A DNA stretch of 64,000 nt from an uncultured Ignavibacteriales bacterium (GTDB lineage Bacteria; Zixibacteria; MSB-5A5; GN15; JAAZOE01). This document shows, one piece after another, positions 51,574 to 61,879 of this stretch (its first letter is position 1; each line of letters starts with the position of its first letter). The translations under genes were made by a program, and so were the position numbers. The notes under the pieces were generated by a model. The model was not told the DNA's origin, made no database searches, and saw nothing but the letters and a program-made list of their open reading frames with translations. The stretch is taken from positions 259 through 64,258 of the forward strand of contig CAZGLR010000004.1 in NCBI GenBank assembly GCA_964526635.1. Direction: 5' to 3'.

Positions 51574-53010
51574 TTACTTCCTCCCGTAAATCCGATAGCG
51601 GTCGATTTCTTCCACAAGCACATAAAAGGAATCACAGGCTGCTTGCATATACGTCGCCGGTGTATCAAGAACAATGATATATTCGGGTATCTGCAGGGCC
51701 ATAATCCTGTTGAGATAATCCGGTGTCGCCAGATGATAGCGCGCTACGTCCTCGGCCGGAAACGGCAATGGATACGCATATCCGACAAACTCGGTCCTGT
51801 CGACAACATCACGCCCCCCGGCCAGCGCCAGTCCCGGCAAATCGGCCAGCACCGGTGCAGTGGCCGAGGAATCTTTGATAAAGCGTCCGACCTCGCGGAT
51901 AGTGCTGAGCATGCTGTGATTATCGAAAGGGCGTGCGCCTCCGATAAATATCACAATGTACGGAATCACGCCCAGCAGATAGATTGCTGCAATGATGCCG
52001 ATCCGCCATCGCCGCATAATAAACGGTTTCAATCGTTCAACCACAGGAACAGACCCCAGCAGCACAAATGGTATCGCCTGAACGAAGTATTGCTGATGGA
52101 TCGGGGCCGGAATCAGATATACAACAACCAATATCGTCGCGACAACACTGGCGGCAATAAATCGAAATCCGCTCCGTCGGGTCAGGAGATTCCAGACAGC
52201 CGCGACAAATAGAATCATCGTTGCCAGAAGCTGCGGATTGATCAGCATCTTCGCGATCGTTTTCAGCTTCGACAACACTACCGGTCCCGAGGGCGACTCG
52301 ACATCCCGAATAAGATGGAAACCGAGATTATTGAAATAGAATCGTTCGGGATCATAGAACCATAGACGCAGAGTAGGCATAGAAACCAGCACGACAGCAC
52401 TCAGCATCAAAAGAGTAGTTACCACCATGCGACCGTCGGAGCGCAGCGCACCGATAGCAATGACTGCCGGCAGTACCGGCACCAACACCAGCCGCATATT
52501 GACCGCCAGCGCAGCCGCCATAGCCGCCCCGATAGCAGTGAAGCTGTTCTGCTGTCGCGGCAAAAACAGGAAGGCAAAGGCCGCAAGAAGTAGAAAATCG
52601 GTCCAGGGGTATGGTTTCACAACACTGTGAAATGATATAATCAGGCCACTGAAGGCATATAAAAAGAACAACCCGGCGGCAACATCGAGATCTTTGGTAA
52701 AACGCCGCAGGAGCAGCAGGAATACAACTGCTGCCGCTATGGCGACAGCCACCGAGGCCGCCCGTGCAGCCATAATTGATGCGAATCCGCCGCCCGTCAA
52801 TGGCGCGATGAGGATTGGGTAATAGGGCATCTGCGGATAGAAGAAATCGCTGTAAAGCAGCCGTCCCTGTGCAACTTCCCGGGCCGCCGAGAGATAGAAG
52901 CCCTCGTCGTTGTCCATCAGTCGCATCGAAGCAAACCATACCAGAAGCAATGCATGGCATACCAGCAGCCCCAGAATAATCAATTTCGTCTGTTTGCTTG
53001 CGACAGTCAT
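51574..53010 (-). CDS. Polytopic GT-C-fold glycosyltransferase (ArnT/PMT-like)
   Basis: DNDEGFY after TM1, LYSDFFYPQMP, about a dozen hydrophobic segments, soluble C-terminal domain. Confidence 0.7.
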   Translation of the reverse strand: MTVASKQTKLIILGLLVCHALLLVWFASMRLMDNDEGFYLSAAREVAQGRLLYSDFFYPQMPYYPILIAPLTGGGFASIMAARAASVAVAIAAAVVFLLLLRRFTKDLDVAAGLFFLYAFSGLIISFHSVVKPYPWTDFLLLAAFAFLFLPRQQNSFTAIGAAMAAALAVNMRLVLVPVLPAVIAIGALRSDGRMVVTTLLMLSAVVLVSMPTLRLWFYDPERFYFNNLGFHLIRDVESPSGPVVLSKLKTIAKMLINPQLLATMILFVAAVWNLLTRRSGFRFIAASVVATILVVVYLIPAPIHQQYFVQAIPFVLLGSVPVVERLKPFIMRRWRIGIIAAIYLLGVIPYIVIFIGGARPFDNHSMLSTIREVGRFIKDSSATAPVLADLPGLALAGGRDVVDRTEFVGYAYPLPFPAEDVARYHLATPDYLNRIMALQIPEYIIVLDTPATYMQAACDSFYVLVEEIDRYRIYGRK

Positions 53011-53042
53011 ATCGGTCTTTTCTACACGCTGCGATAATAGTC

Positions 53043-53918
53043 TCAGCGCCGTTTTTCCCGCATCTTGAAAAACTGAATCAACGGCACGATATAGGAACGA
53101 TCCGTTCGGATCTGGATAAAATCGAGATCCATCAACCGGAAATCACGCTGCAGTTTGCCGTTGGCTTCCTCGGCCTGCTGCATAAATTCGCGGCGGAAAT
53201 CAGGTGAGGTGGTATCGATCAACACGATTTCGCCGGTTTCCGCATCTTCCAGTTCAATCAGGCCATAATTACCGAATTCAATCTCGCGCGGATCGGTGAT
53301 TTTCAAAGCGATGATATCGTGCTTTTTATTGGCGATGCGCAGCGGGGTGTAGAAATCCTCGGACAAAAAGTCGGAAATCAGAAACACAACCGACTTGCGC
53401 TTGGTCACGCGATTGAAAAATTCCAGCGCCCCGGCGATATCGGTTTTGGTATGCTGCGGCTCGAAATAGAGCACTTCGCGGATTAAACGCAACACATGGC
53501 CCTTGCCCTTTTGCGGCGGTATGAACTTCTCGATTTCATCGGTGAAAATAATCAGTCCGACCTTGTCGTTGTTTTTGATCGCCGAAAACGCCAGCAGAGC
53601 GCACAATTCCGCGGCCAGTTCTTCCTTATACTTCTCATAAGTGCCGAAGCGACCGGAGGATGAGGCATCGACCAGCAGCATCACCGTCAGTTCACGCTCT
53701 TCCTTGAATTTCTTGATATGCGGCATGCCGGTGCGGGCGGTGACATTCCAGTCGATCAGGCGGATATCATCCCCGACAGCATACTCCCGCACCTCCTCAA
53801 ATTCCATCCCCTGGCCCTTGAAGGTGGAATGGTATTCACCCGAGAAGAGATCATTGACCAGCCGCCGCGTCCGTATTTCAATACGGCGGACCTTTTTGAA
53901 TATTTCCTTTCCGACCAT
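53043..53918 (-). CDS. DUF58-domain protein
   Basis: YHSTFKGQGMEFEEVREY..GDD.R.IDWNVTAR, EEREL, ISDF. Confidence 0.93.
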   Translation of the reverse strand: MVGKEIFKKVRRIEIRTRRLVNDLFSGEYHSTFKGQGMEFEEVREYAVGDDIRLIDWNVTARTGMPHIKKFKEERELTVMLLVDASSSGRFGTYEKYKEELAAELCALLAFSAIKNNDKVGLIIFTDEIEKFIPPQKGKGHVLRLIREVLYFEPQHTKTDIAGALEFFNRVTKRKSVVFLISDFLSEDFYTPLRIANKKHDIIALKITDPREIEFGNYGLIELEDAETGEIVLIDTTSPDFRREFMQQAEEANGKLQRDFRLMDLDFIQIRTDRSYIVPLIQFFKMREKRR

Positions 53919-53926
53919 GGCTGCTA

Positions 53927-54916
53927 TTACGGCACCTCAATAGTATCGAAAATAGTCTGGATAAGGTCATCGGATGTCTTCTCTTCCGCCTCGGCCTCAT
54001 ACGTCACGATGATACGATGCCGCAGGACATCATGGCCGATCGCCTTGACATCTTCAGGCGTGATATACCCGCGTCCTTTGAGAAACGCCCGCGCCTTGGC
54101 CGCCAGATTCAGGTAAATCGTGGCGCGCGGCGAAGCCCCAAAGGAGATCAGATCGGTCAGCGAATCGAGACCATAGCGCGATGGTTCCCGGGTGGCGAAC
54201 ACAATATTGAGGATATAGTCTTTGACTTTTTCATCGACGTAGATTTTCGATACAATCTTGCGGGCCTCAATTATCGACATGAGGTCGACCGACTGTGTGA
54301 CGTTATGGGTTTCGCCGACAGTCATCATGTCCATGATCTTCCGCTCTTCTTCCTGCGACGGATACGTGATTTTTAGCTTGAGCATGAAACGGTCGACCTG
54401 GGCTTCCGGCAACGGATAGGTTCCCTCCTGTTCAATCGGGTTCTGGGTAGCCAGAACTAAAAATGGGATATCCAGCGGGAAGGTCGTATCGCCGATCGTG
54501 ACCTGTCGTTCCTGCATCGCTTCAAGCAGTGCCGATTGAACTTTGGCGGGGGCGCGATTGATTTCATCGGCCAGGATGATATTGGAGAAGATCGGGCCTT
54601 TTTTGATGGTGAATTCAGCCTTCTGCGGGTTGTAGATCATCGTGCCCAGTAAATCAGCCGGGAGCAGATCAGGCGTAAACTGGATGCGCTTGAAATCCAC
54701 CCGTATTGCCTGGGCCAGTGATTTGACCGCAAGCGTCTTGGCTAATCCGGGGACGCCTTCGAGCAGGATGTGACCATCAGCCAGCAGACCGATCATGAGC
54801 CGCTCGATCATATGTTTCTGACCAACGACGACTGTTGAAAGTTCACGGGTCAACTCTTCGATAAAGCCCGATTTCTGTTCTACTTCTTCCTGAATCTGTC
54901 GAATATCCAGATCCAT
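53927..54916 (-). CDS. moxR: MoxR-family AAA+ ATPase
   Basis: EGVPGLAKT, RIQFTPDLLPAD, DEINRAPAKVQSALLEAMQE, ATQNPIEQEGTYPLPEAQVDRF. Confidence 0.96.
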   Translation of the reverse strand: MDLDIRQIQEEVEQKSGFIEELTRELSTVVVGQKHMIERLMIGLLADGHILLEGVPGLAKTLAVKSLAQAIRVDFKRIQFTPDLLPADLLGTMIYNPQKAEFTIKKGPIFSNIILADEINRAPAKVQSALLEAMQERQVTIGDTTFPLDIPFLVLATQNPIEQEGTYPLPEAQVDRFMLKLKITYPSQEEERKIMDMMTVGETHNVTQSVDLMSIIEARKIVSKIYVDEKVKDYILNIVFATREPSRYGLDSLTDLISFGASPRATIYLNLAAKARAFLKGRGYITPEDVKAIGHDVLRHRIIVTYEAEAEEKTSDDLIQTIFDTIEVP

Positions 54917-54928
54917 CTATGCCTCCAT

Positions 54929-55819
54929 CTATTTCTGAGTCGCTTTTTGTTCGAAAAAAGAAATTACTGCTATGTATGTGGATTCTATTTGCTCCGATGT
55001 AGGAGATATCGGCTGAAACTTAACATCCTGACATTTCTCAATCCACGACGTCAATTTGACTTTTTCCTCACTGTCGTCCAGTTCCGCTATCGCCTCAAGA
55101 ACTTCCTGCCCGGTTTTCCCGGCCAGGTGCAGGCTGTGTTCTGTCTCAAGATACCGAATCAGCAGCCGGTAGAGCCGTGAATAAAACTGCTTGCCTTCAG
55201 ATACGGTCTCGCGCCTGATCTGTTCCAGTTCATTAATCAGCGGCCGCTGTGTGTCCTTTTCGGTGTCCTCTCGCCTGCGGGGTCCGGAAACTGCCCAGAT
55301 TAGACCTCCGCAACCCAGTACGACAACAGCCAGCAATATACCGATGATTATATCCTGTGGCCGGGTGCGAGTCGGTTTCGGGATGGGCTTGTCTATCTCG
55401 ACAGTAATCCGGCCGGTTTCAAGGGTATGGGACTCTCCGGTTTCGCGGTTTTGGGCGGTGATGACTATCGGTTCAATAACACCGGTACCATAGTCGATCG
55501 GTTTGAGATAATACGTATAGATTCGGGTAGTAATTTCATCGCCATCATCATTCCGGCCGCTGGAAATAGACGTCGCTGATCCTGCCGCCTCGAGCTTTTG
55601 CAGAGTCGGTGTAGGATAGGCATCCAGTTCATACAAATATGGTTCCCCCTGCCAACTGAGCCGCACGGTCAGAGTATCGGTATTTTCAAAGGCTATCGCG
55701 ACCGAAGAAACCTCAGCCGATAATTCAATATTTTTGGCTTCCACGCCGCTGATCGAAAGAACCAGACAGAAGCTGATGAACCATCCTGCAAGAGTGATAA
55801 CTTTTTCCATAATAAGCAC
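54929..55819 (-). CDS. Hypothetical exported single-pass membrane protein (BatD-like architecture)
   Basis: Signal peptide, beta-rich domain, TM, FY..L..L...YL and VKF tail resembling 50497..51573; start may be ATG 55810. Confidence 0.65.
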   Translation of the reverse strand: MLIMEKVITLAGWFISFCLVLSISGVEAKNIELSAEVSSVAIAFENTDTLTVRLSWQGEPYLYELDAYPTPTLQKLEAAGSATSISSGRNDDGDEITTRIYTYYLKPIDYGTGVIEPIVITAQNRETGESHTLETGRITVEIDKPIPKPTRTRPQDIIIGILLAVVVLGCGGLIWAVSGPRRREDTEKDTQRPLINELEQIRRETVSEGKQFYSRLYRLLIRYLETEHSLHLAGKTGQEVLEAIAELDDSEEKVKLTSWIEKCQDVKFQPISPTSEQIESTYIAVISFFEQKATQK

Positions 55820-55930
55820 TTAATAAAGCGGCCAGGGTATCTGCCGTCAAGTTTAAAGCTGTCCTCCATTACTCGTTTTATACCGCTGGGACGGCGAAAG
55901 TTTTCAAGAAAAATTCCCCGAATATTGTTA

Positions 55931-56785
55931 TCAATACGCCTTGCCCACCAGTAACGCGGCCAACGCCGGCAGCATCTGCAGCTTGATCAGCAGTGCTATT
56001 TTGCCGACATTTGATTGACCGGCGGGAAAAAACAATAGCAGAATTTCGACAAATAGCGGTGCCAGGACCATAATTCCGACTATGATCATAAAGAGATCAG
56101 AAAACCATCCCCGGAGCCAGGATGCAATACAAACAACGCTTAATATGATAGCCGAAACCATAGCTACCAAAGCGGCCGAGGATTGACCATATTTAATGGG
56201 CAGCGTTTTGCTGCCGGTCCGAGCGTCCCCCTCGGCATCGGCCATATCTTTGACTATTTCCCGACTGAAATGCATGCAGAATGCGAATATTCCGGCCAAA
56301 ATCGGCCCGGGCACGGCGACAACGGCTGCCAGGCCATAGGCAGAGGCTGCAAAGACAAACGGCAAACCGCCAAGGAGGGCTACGACGACATTGCCGGCCA
56401 CCATGATGTGTTTTAAAGAAAGGTCGTACCAAATCAATCCGATGATCGCTCCGGCGGCCAGAAGTCTCCCGGGCCACGACATGGGGATCATCAATCCCAG
56501 CGCAACCAGGAAAAACAGGGCGGCAAAGACATACGCCTGCCCGGAAGACAATGTTCCCATTGGCAATGGACGGTGCGGGTGATTGGTTTTATCAGATGAA
56601 TAATCAACAATGTCGTTGAGGATGTTGCCGAATCCGCAGATAAAGAACGCCGCGGCGGGGTAGATATAATTCAACGGAGCGAGCTGATCTCCGGGCAGCA
56701 AATAATACCCGACTATAACCCCGAAGGCCGCAATCAGGCAGTTGCCCAGGCGCATCACGGCGCAATATGCCACCAGTAATCTCAT
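55931..56785 (-). CDS. UbiA-family prenyltransferase, digeranylgeranylglyceryl-phosphate synthase-like
   Basis: RLGNC, GNILNDIVD...D..N.P.RPLP.G, Y...LK...GN.VVA, REIVKDMADAEGD...G.KTLP. Confidence 0.8.
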   Translation of the reverse strand: MRLLVAYCAVMRLGNCLIAAFGVIVGYYLLPGDQLAPLNYIYPAAAFFICGFGNILNDIVDYSSDKTNHPHRPLPMGTLSSGQAYVFAALFFLVALGLMIPMSWPGRLLAAGAIIGLIWYDLSLKHIMVAGNVVVALLGGLPFVFAASAYGLAAVVAVPGPILAGIFAFCMHFSREIVKDMADAEGDARTGSKTLPIKYGQSSAALVAMVSAIILSVVCIASWLRGWFSDLFMIIVGIMVLAPLFVEILLLFFPAGQSNVGKIALLIKLQMLPALAALLVGKAY

Positions 56786-56820
56786 ATCTGAATCTCCGGA
56801 AGCCTAAGCGGTGAGTCAAC

Positions 56821-58539
56821 TTAAAAGCGGGTGATGAGTGTCACATGCACTTTGCCATCGTTGAAGCTGTCTCCCTCGCCCCAGCCGAATTCGATTTTGG
56901 CACTGGCCGACCGTGAGCCGGCAAACAACCCAAAACCGGAAGCGAGAAAGATGTCATCGATGGTTTCGAGGGGATCATCTCCGGCTGATTGGCGGCCATA
57001 AACATATCCAATATCAAAAAACGGATACATCGCAAATTCGCGCGATGGTCTCAACCGCAGTTCGATCTGGCCCAGGGCAATGCGCTGTCCGGCAAAACGG
57101 TTCTCGGTATATCCGCGCAGAGAATTATGTCCGCCCAGCTTGTATAATTCCGACAAGTCCGGCAAATCGCGATCAGTGAGCAGAATTTTCGCATGGCCAT
57201 GAAGATGGAAAACCAACCGCGGCAGCAGGGGAACGTAAGCGTGGCCATCGATTTCAAACGACGATTCATCATCGATGTTTTCAGTGCCGTCGCGGCCACT
57301 TTCCGATACACGGTGGATAAAGGCGGCCCGCAGCGATGTGGTGTAACCCGACCGTGGATTGACCGGTTCCTTCAGACTGGAAGTAAGATATCCCACAGTG
57401 GCCATCAATCTCGTCACGCGATTCTGGGATGCCAGTTGGGGATCAACGCGATGCCACTGTGCACCGGCGCTGAACCGTGTATCGCGGCGACTCAAAAGTG
57501 ATATATCAATACCGAGTTCAAATTCATTATATGATGAATCATAATCCTGTTGCGAGACGGTGAATGCCGCCTCCACATGGCTCGGTATAAAAAATGGTTG
57601 AGCATAGGAAAATTCCACCAGGGATGAAAAGCGATCCTTGCGATCATACAGCAGTCGGATTTTACGACCCGAACCGAATAAATTGGCCGATTCAAACAAA
57701 ATCCGACCAACAAAACCGCCCGATTGATTTCCCTGTTCGGGAACATACCCGCCACCGAACTGCACCTGGTTGGACTTGTACTCACTTAGATAATACACCA
57801 GTTGCGCTGCCTGATAATCAGGTGTCGGAATCACGCGCGGTCCGGAATCTACCGCCAGATAACCGCCCTTCTCCAGATTGTCAACAGTGCTGGCCAGCAA
57901 TCCCGGACTCAGGCTGTCGCCGGATTGCACCCCGGCCAGTCTGGCCAGGAATGTACGATTCATCCGTCCCGCCCCCTTGAAACGAACCTGATCGACGCCA
58001 ACCTGTGTACCGGTAATCAGCCGAAAGGCCAGATTGAGTCGCAGCGAATCCAGAGAAGCCCTATCCAGGGACAGCGATGCGAAGTAGTAACCATCGTCCC
58101 ACCACTGCTCCAGTAATTCAGTACGGATTGCATTGATCTGTTCCTGACCGGCAGGACGGTCAAAATTGTTACTTGTATCGGTTTCGATTACACCATCGTA
58201 TGGTATCGTTGTTATCGCGACCTGCCCGATACGGTATTGCGGTCCGGATGTTACAAATATCGAATCATTTCGCTTGAGTATTTTATAATCGAAATAGCCG
58301 AGAGTTTCCAGGACTGATCCCATACTGTCGGCAACACGTGAGGTCTGTAGTATTTTGAAAACGTCTTGCAGCCGGCGGCAGGTAGTACTTGACAATGCCT
58401 CATCGCATACAACCGTCTCTCCGGCCGCACGGGACAGCCCGGCACAGTATCCAAGCACAGCAAGCAGCATCACCATGTTCAGCCTAAAAACGTGCAACCA
58501 GTTCTCCTCGTCCGATGAATTCCGATGGTGCATTTTCAA
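56821..58539 (-). CDS. BamA/TamA (Omp85) family outer-membrane protein
   Basis: POTRA-like GYF/GYY segments, NLFGSGR barrel start, LGGHNSLRGY loop-6 motif, C-terminal RF; true start probably near 58476-58496. Confidence 0.85.
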   Translation of the reverse strand: MKMHHRNSSDEENWLHVFRLNMVMLLAVLGYCAGLSRAAGETVVCDEALSSTTCRRLQDVFKILQTSRVADSMGSVLETLGYFDYKILKRNDSIFVTSGPQYRIGQVAITTIPYDGVIETDTSNNFDRPAGQEQINAIRTELLEQWWDDGYYFASLSLDRASLDSLRLNLAFRLITGTQVGVDQVRFKGAGRMNRTFLARLAGVQSGDSLSPGLLASTVDNLEKGGYLAVDSGPRVIPTPDYQAAQLVYYLSEYKSNQVQFGGGYVPEQGNQSGGFVGRILFESANLFGSGRKIRLLYDRKDRFSSLVEFSYAQPFFIPSHVEAAFTVSQQDYDSSYNEFELGIDISLLSRRDTRFSAGAQWHRVDPQLASQNRVTRLMATVGYLTSSLKEPVNPRSGYTTSLRAAFIHRVSESGRDGTENIDDESSFEIDGHAYVPLLPRLVFHLHGHAKILLTDRDLPDLSELYKLGGHNSLRGYTENRFAGQRIALGQIELRLRPSREFAMYPFFDIGYVYGRQSAGDDPLETIDDIFLASGFGLFAGSRSASAKIEFGWGEGDSFNDGKVHVTLITRF

Positions 58540-61500
58540 AGAAGCGATTTTTTATGTTCAGTGACAGCCGCATCTTTTGACCGATATCGTAATTGACTCT
58601 CAGATCCAGTAATCCCGATTGCCCAAAACGGCGACCATCGGTAATCAGGTATTCTGGTTGATCGAAGGGTTGTTTCCGGGTGATACGTGAAAACTCGGTT
58701 GTAAAACGGATCTCTCCGGTACCCTTGCGCCGAAAGACCAGTTCATTGCCGATAATAACCCCCTCAGCTCGACCGATTGACGAACGAGCCGTGAGGCTCA
58801 GATAGGCCGCCTGTGGTGTCCAGCGCAAAACACCCTCGGTTATTATGGCTGCCGTCCGATATTTACGTTCAATCAGTTCCAGCGGTACAAAACCCAGGCC
58901 GGATTCGCTGGTCCATTTTTCGCGCCATTCAACTTCCATCCGCAAATCCTCAAATGGTTCAGCTTTGAATGTAATCGTATGCGACTTATTCAGGCGATAC
59001 AAGTCACCGGGAGGGGCCTGTTCGTTAAACTGATTGATAAAGGCATAATTCAGCACATAAAAATTGGCCACAGGCCAGACCAGGGCCTGATACGATTCCT
59101 GCACACGGCGGCTGAGAAAATCGCTTTCCGACGGACTCACCCAGGGCGCCAGCCAGGTCATGGTACGGGTATCGTTTCCACTGATTTCTTCCCGCACGCT
59201 GGTGCGCACACGGAAGGCCACGAGTGAAAATGCCTGCTTCAGTTTCGATACAACCGGCCATCGTCCGGGATAGAGAGTCACGCTATGTGTTTTCTCCGCA
59301 ACGAGCACATCGGTAAATTCGCCGGTTTCCTCAGTGACGCGAATATAGTCGCCATCGGGATCAGGCAAAAACTGATCATCTTCAAAGCGATAGTCCCCCT
59401 CACCATTTCCGACTTCGAGATACCGGAAACTGAGATTGCGGGCACTTTCATCATTCTGGCGATACTCCGCCCGAATGCTTATCCAGCCCGATTGCGGCGT
59501 ATATCGCAGGCCGGTCTGAAACAGCCGCTGGCTGCGATCGGTCCGGTCGCTGTCCAGACGGTGCTGCTCGAGGTATCGTCCCCGAATCGAGATTGCCAGG
59601 CGACCGAACCGTTCCTCGGAAACAACCTCGATCTGATCCAAACGGGGGCCGCGGAGTTCTGTACTTCCCAGATTGTATTCAAGACGGCGCGAGACTACGA
59701 CTGTCGTCCGGCGAATGCCGAAAGTGACCATGTGCTGATGGAATCTTTCGCCATCGGGGATACTGTCGAAATAATTCTCCCGGGTTTCACGTTGAAAAGA
59801 ATAGGCCAGGCGCAGAGGAGTCATGAGACTGATACCGCTTCCGGCCCGGATATTCTGATATCGTCCGGTTATGCGATCGGTCGCGTCATCATAGCTCTCG
59901 CTTTTGAGAATTGTCAGCGATGGCTCAATCCCCCACTCCGGACGCCATTCGATTTTACTCCCGACCTGATAAGCCCGAATATTATCGGCGAATCTAATAA
60001 ATCCGCCGGATCCCTCGATGGAGATTTTGGTGAGCTTGAATATGGTGCGGGTATTGCCATAGAATTCATCGCCCTGCGGCAATAATATCGGCAGTGACCA
60101 GGTGCGAAAAAAATCCGGCGTGTATAGCCGTGCATTGGGTAAAAATCCCTTCTGACGAAAACGGCTGTCGAGACTTACTTCCCATGTGCCACGCAGATGA
60201 TGGTAGCTGGCTTTAACCAGACTGTGGTGATTATCCTGGTCATCCAGCGGCGAAACCAGATTCGGGTCACGGATACTGGCCTGATAGGAAAGCGTAAAAC
60301 GGCCGCGGTCGTATGGCCTGATATCCAGTGCGGCAGACACGAAGTCAGTTCTGGATGGCAACGGAATAAACACCACCGGCAGATACCCCCCCTGCCCCGC
60401 GCCCACAAATTCATACACATCACCACCGAGATACCGGTAGTCGCCATGGCCGGCCCCCACGTTGGAAAACGTGACCCGGTATTCTCCGGCGCCCTCACCA
60501 ATGAACTGATAGATGGGTCGGCCCAGTGAGTCAGTGGTTTGAACGTATGGTCCGGTGCTGTCGGCCACAGCCCCATCGCGTTGCGCCAGCGAGGTCGAGT
60601 CGCCGGCCTGTTCGAGGATGATCTGTTCTGTCTCCGAGAGTGAACCGAAGCGAAGGCGGTTCTTCTCATCGCTTTCGCGACGAAATCCGAAAGACAATGA
60701 GACAACACTGTCGCCAAACTGCACATCGCCGATGGCGTCGAGAGTAACCCGCTGATAGTCGCTGGACGATGCCTCGTAGTCGATCTCGATGCGACTTCGC
60801 GAAGTAATCAGGATCGATGGCGAAAAGGTAATACGACCGGAGGCATAATCCATGACATAATGTCGATCGCTGCCGCTTTCCAGACGGCGGCCGTCGACAT
60901 AGACCCTCTCCGATCCGGGCACGACACCGGCCGGGCGGCTATCGCGACCGGTGAGCTGATATGGCCCCTGGCGGCCGTCGACGCCGCGCAGTGAGATGGA
61001 TTGATATTCACCGAGGGGGCGTCCAATGTCGGCGCCGATGGTAGTCTGCTTGGAAAAGTAGGTCGCCCCCACCCCGGTCATCCGTTTTTCCGGGAGATTC
61101 GCCACCGGCAGCGTGCGAATATCGCCGCCGGTCGCTTTGACGTGGCGTCCACTGATTTCAAAAAAATAGCTGTCGAGTTCGGAGAGAATTGTCGTTCCGC
61201 CCAGGCCGCGCAGGGTACTGCCGACTGAACCAAGTCGATCGGAAATCGAGCCGCGTATGCGCAGGCTGTCAGTAAAAGTGGCCTCAAACTCGACGTTCAA
61301 CCCTTGAGAAAAACGGCTGCCGCCGGACTGCCCGACCGCCATACTGAATGATTTATTGCCGGAGAGATCAAAAGTCAGCAAACCCGGTGATTTGCCGTGT
61401 TGTTTGGCATCCTGTATTGCCAGTTCCCGAGGTTTCAGCGAAACCTGTCCGCGTTCGACAGCATGGCCGACTGTCTGAACCAGCCATTCGGGCAGCCGAT

Positions 61501-61879
61501 ACAGCGAAATTGTAATAGAATCGCATCTGACCGAATCGGCAAACACAACCCGTCCAAGGCGATAGTCGATTGCATATTGGATATCACGGGTGAGCATGCC
61601 GCCGTCGCACCAGACCGTATCGGACATCGCCGCCACCGGTCCGATTCCCGAAGACAAAATTGCGTGCGGTGCAGTCTTTGCTATTGCGATATGGAACTGC
61701 TCGGCTCGAAGCGTCTGAGGGCACAACGAACAAAGAATATAAATCAGGGTAACAACACAAGGGGTGATATCGACGGGAAATCGTATGGATCTACTTCCCG
61801 GCGTAGATGATTTTGTAGATGAGGATACGGTCATTGGCGCCATCGGCAACAAACAAACGATTTCTGGGCGCCATAGCAA
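58484..61879 (-). CDS. Large predicted outer-membrane beta-barrel protein with SprA-like N-terminal segments
   Basis: Signal-like segment ending TLRA, GSERVYVDGRRL...Y.MDY..G.ITF motif, alternating beta strands, C-terminal RF; start uncertain (about 61790-61834). Confidence 0.75.
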   Translation of the reverse strand: MLWRPEIVCLLPMAPMTVSSSTKSSTPGSRSIRFPVDITPCVVTLIYILCSLCPQTLRAEQFHIAIAKTAPHAILSSGIGPVAAMSDTVWCDGGMLTRDIQYAIDYRLGRVVFADSVRCDSITISLYRLPEWLVQTVGHAVERGQVSLKPRELAIQDAKQHGKSPGLLTFDLSGNKSFSMAVGQSGGSRFSQGLNVEFEATFTDSLRIRGSISDRLGSVGSTLRGLGGTTILSELDSYFFEISGRHVKATGGDIRTLPVANLPEKRMTGVGATYFSKQTTIGADIGRPLGEYQSISLRGVDGRQGPYQLTGRDSRPAGVVPGSERVYVDGRRLESGSDRHYVMDYASGRITFSPSILITSRSRIEIDYEASSSDYQRVTLDAIGDVQFGDSVVSLSFGFRRESDEKNRLRFGSLSETEQIILEQAGDSTSLAQRDGAVADSTGPYVQTTDSLGRPIYQFIGEGAGEYRVTFSNVGAGHGDYRYLGGDVYEFVGAGQGGYLPVVFIPLPSRTDFVSAALDIRPYDRGRFTLSYQASIRDPNLVSPLDDQDNHHSLVKASYHHLRGTWEVSLDSRFRQKGFLPNARLYTPDFFRTWSLPILLPQGDEFYGNTRTIFKLTKISIEGSGGFIRFADNIRAYQVGSKIEWRPEWGIEPSLTILKSESYDDATDRITGRYQNIRAGSGISLMTPLRLAYSFQRETRENYFDSIPDGERFHQHMVTFGIRRTTVVVSRRLEYNLGSTELRGPRLDQIEVVSEERFGRLAISIRGRYLEQHRLDSDRTDRSQRLFQTGLRYTPQSGWISIRAEYRQNDESARNLSFRYLEVGNGEGDYRFEDDQFLPDPDGDYIRVTEETGEFTDVLVAEKTHSVTLYPGRWPVVSKLKQAFSLVAFRVRTSVREEISGNDTRTMTWLAPWVSPSESDFLSRRVQESYQALVWPVANFYVLNYAFINQFNEQAPPGDLYRLNKSHTITFKAEPFEDLRMEVEWREKWTSESGLGFVPLELIERKYRTAAIITEGVLRWTPQAAYLSLTARSSIGRAEGVIIGNELVFRRKGTGEIRFTTEFSRITRKQPFDQPEYLITDGRRFGQSGLLDLRVNYDIGQKMRLSLNIKNRFFENAPSEFIGRGELVARF

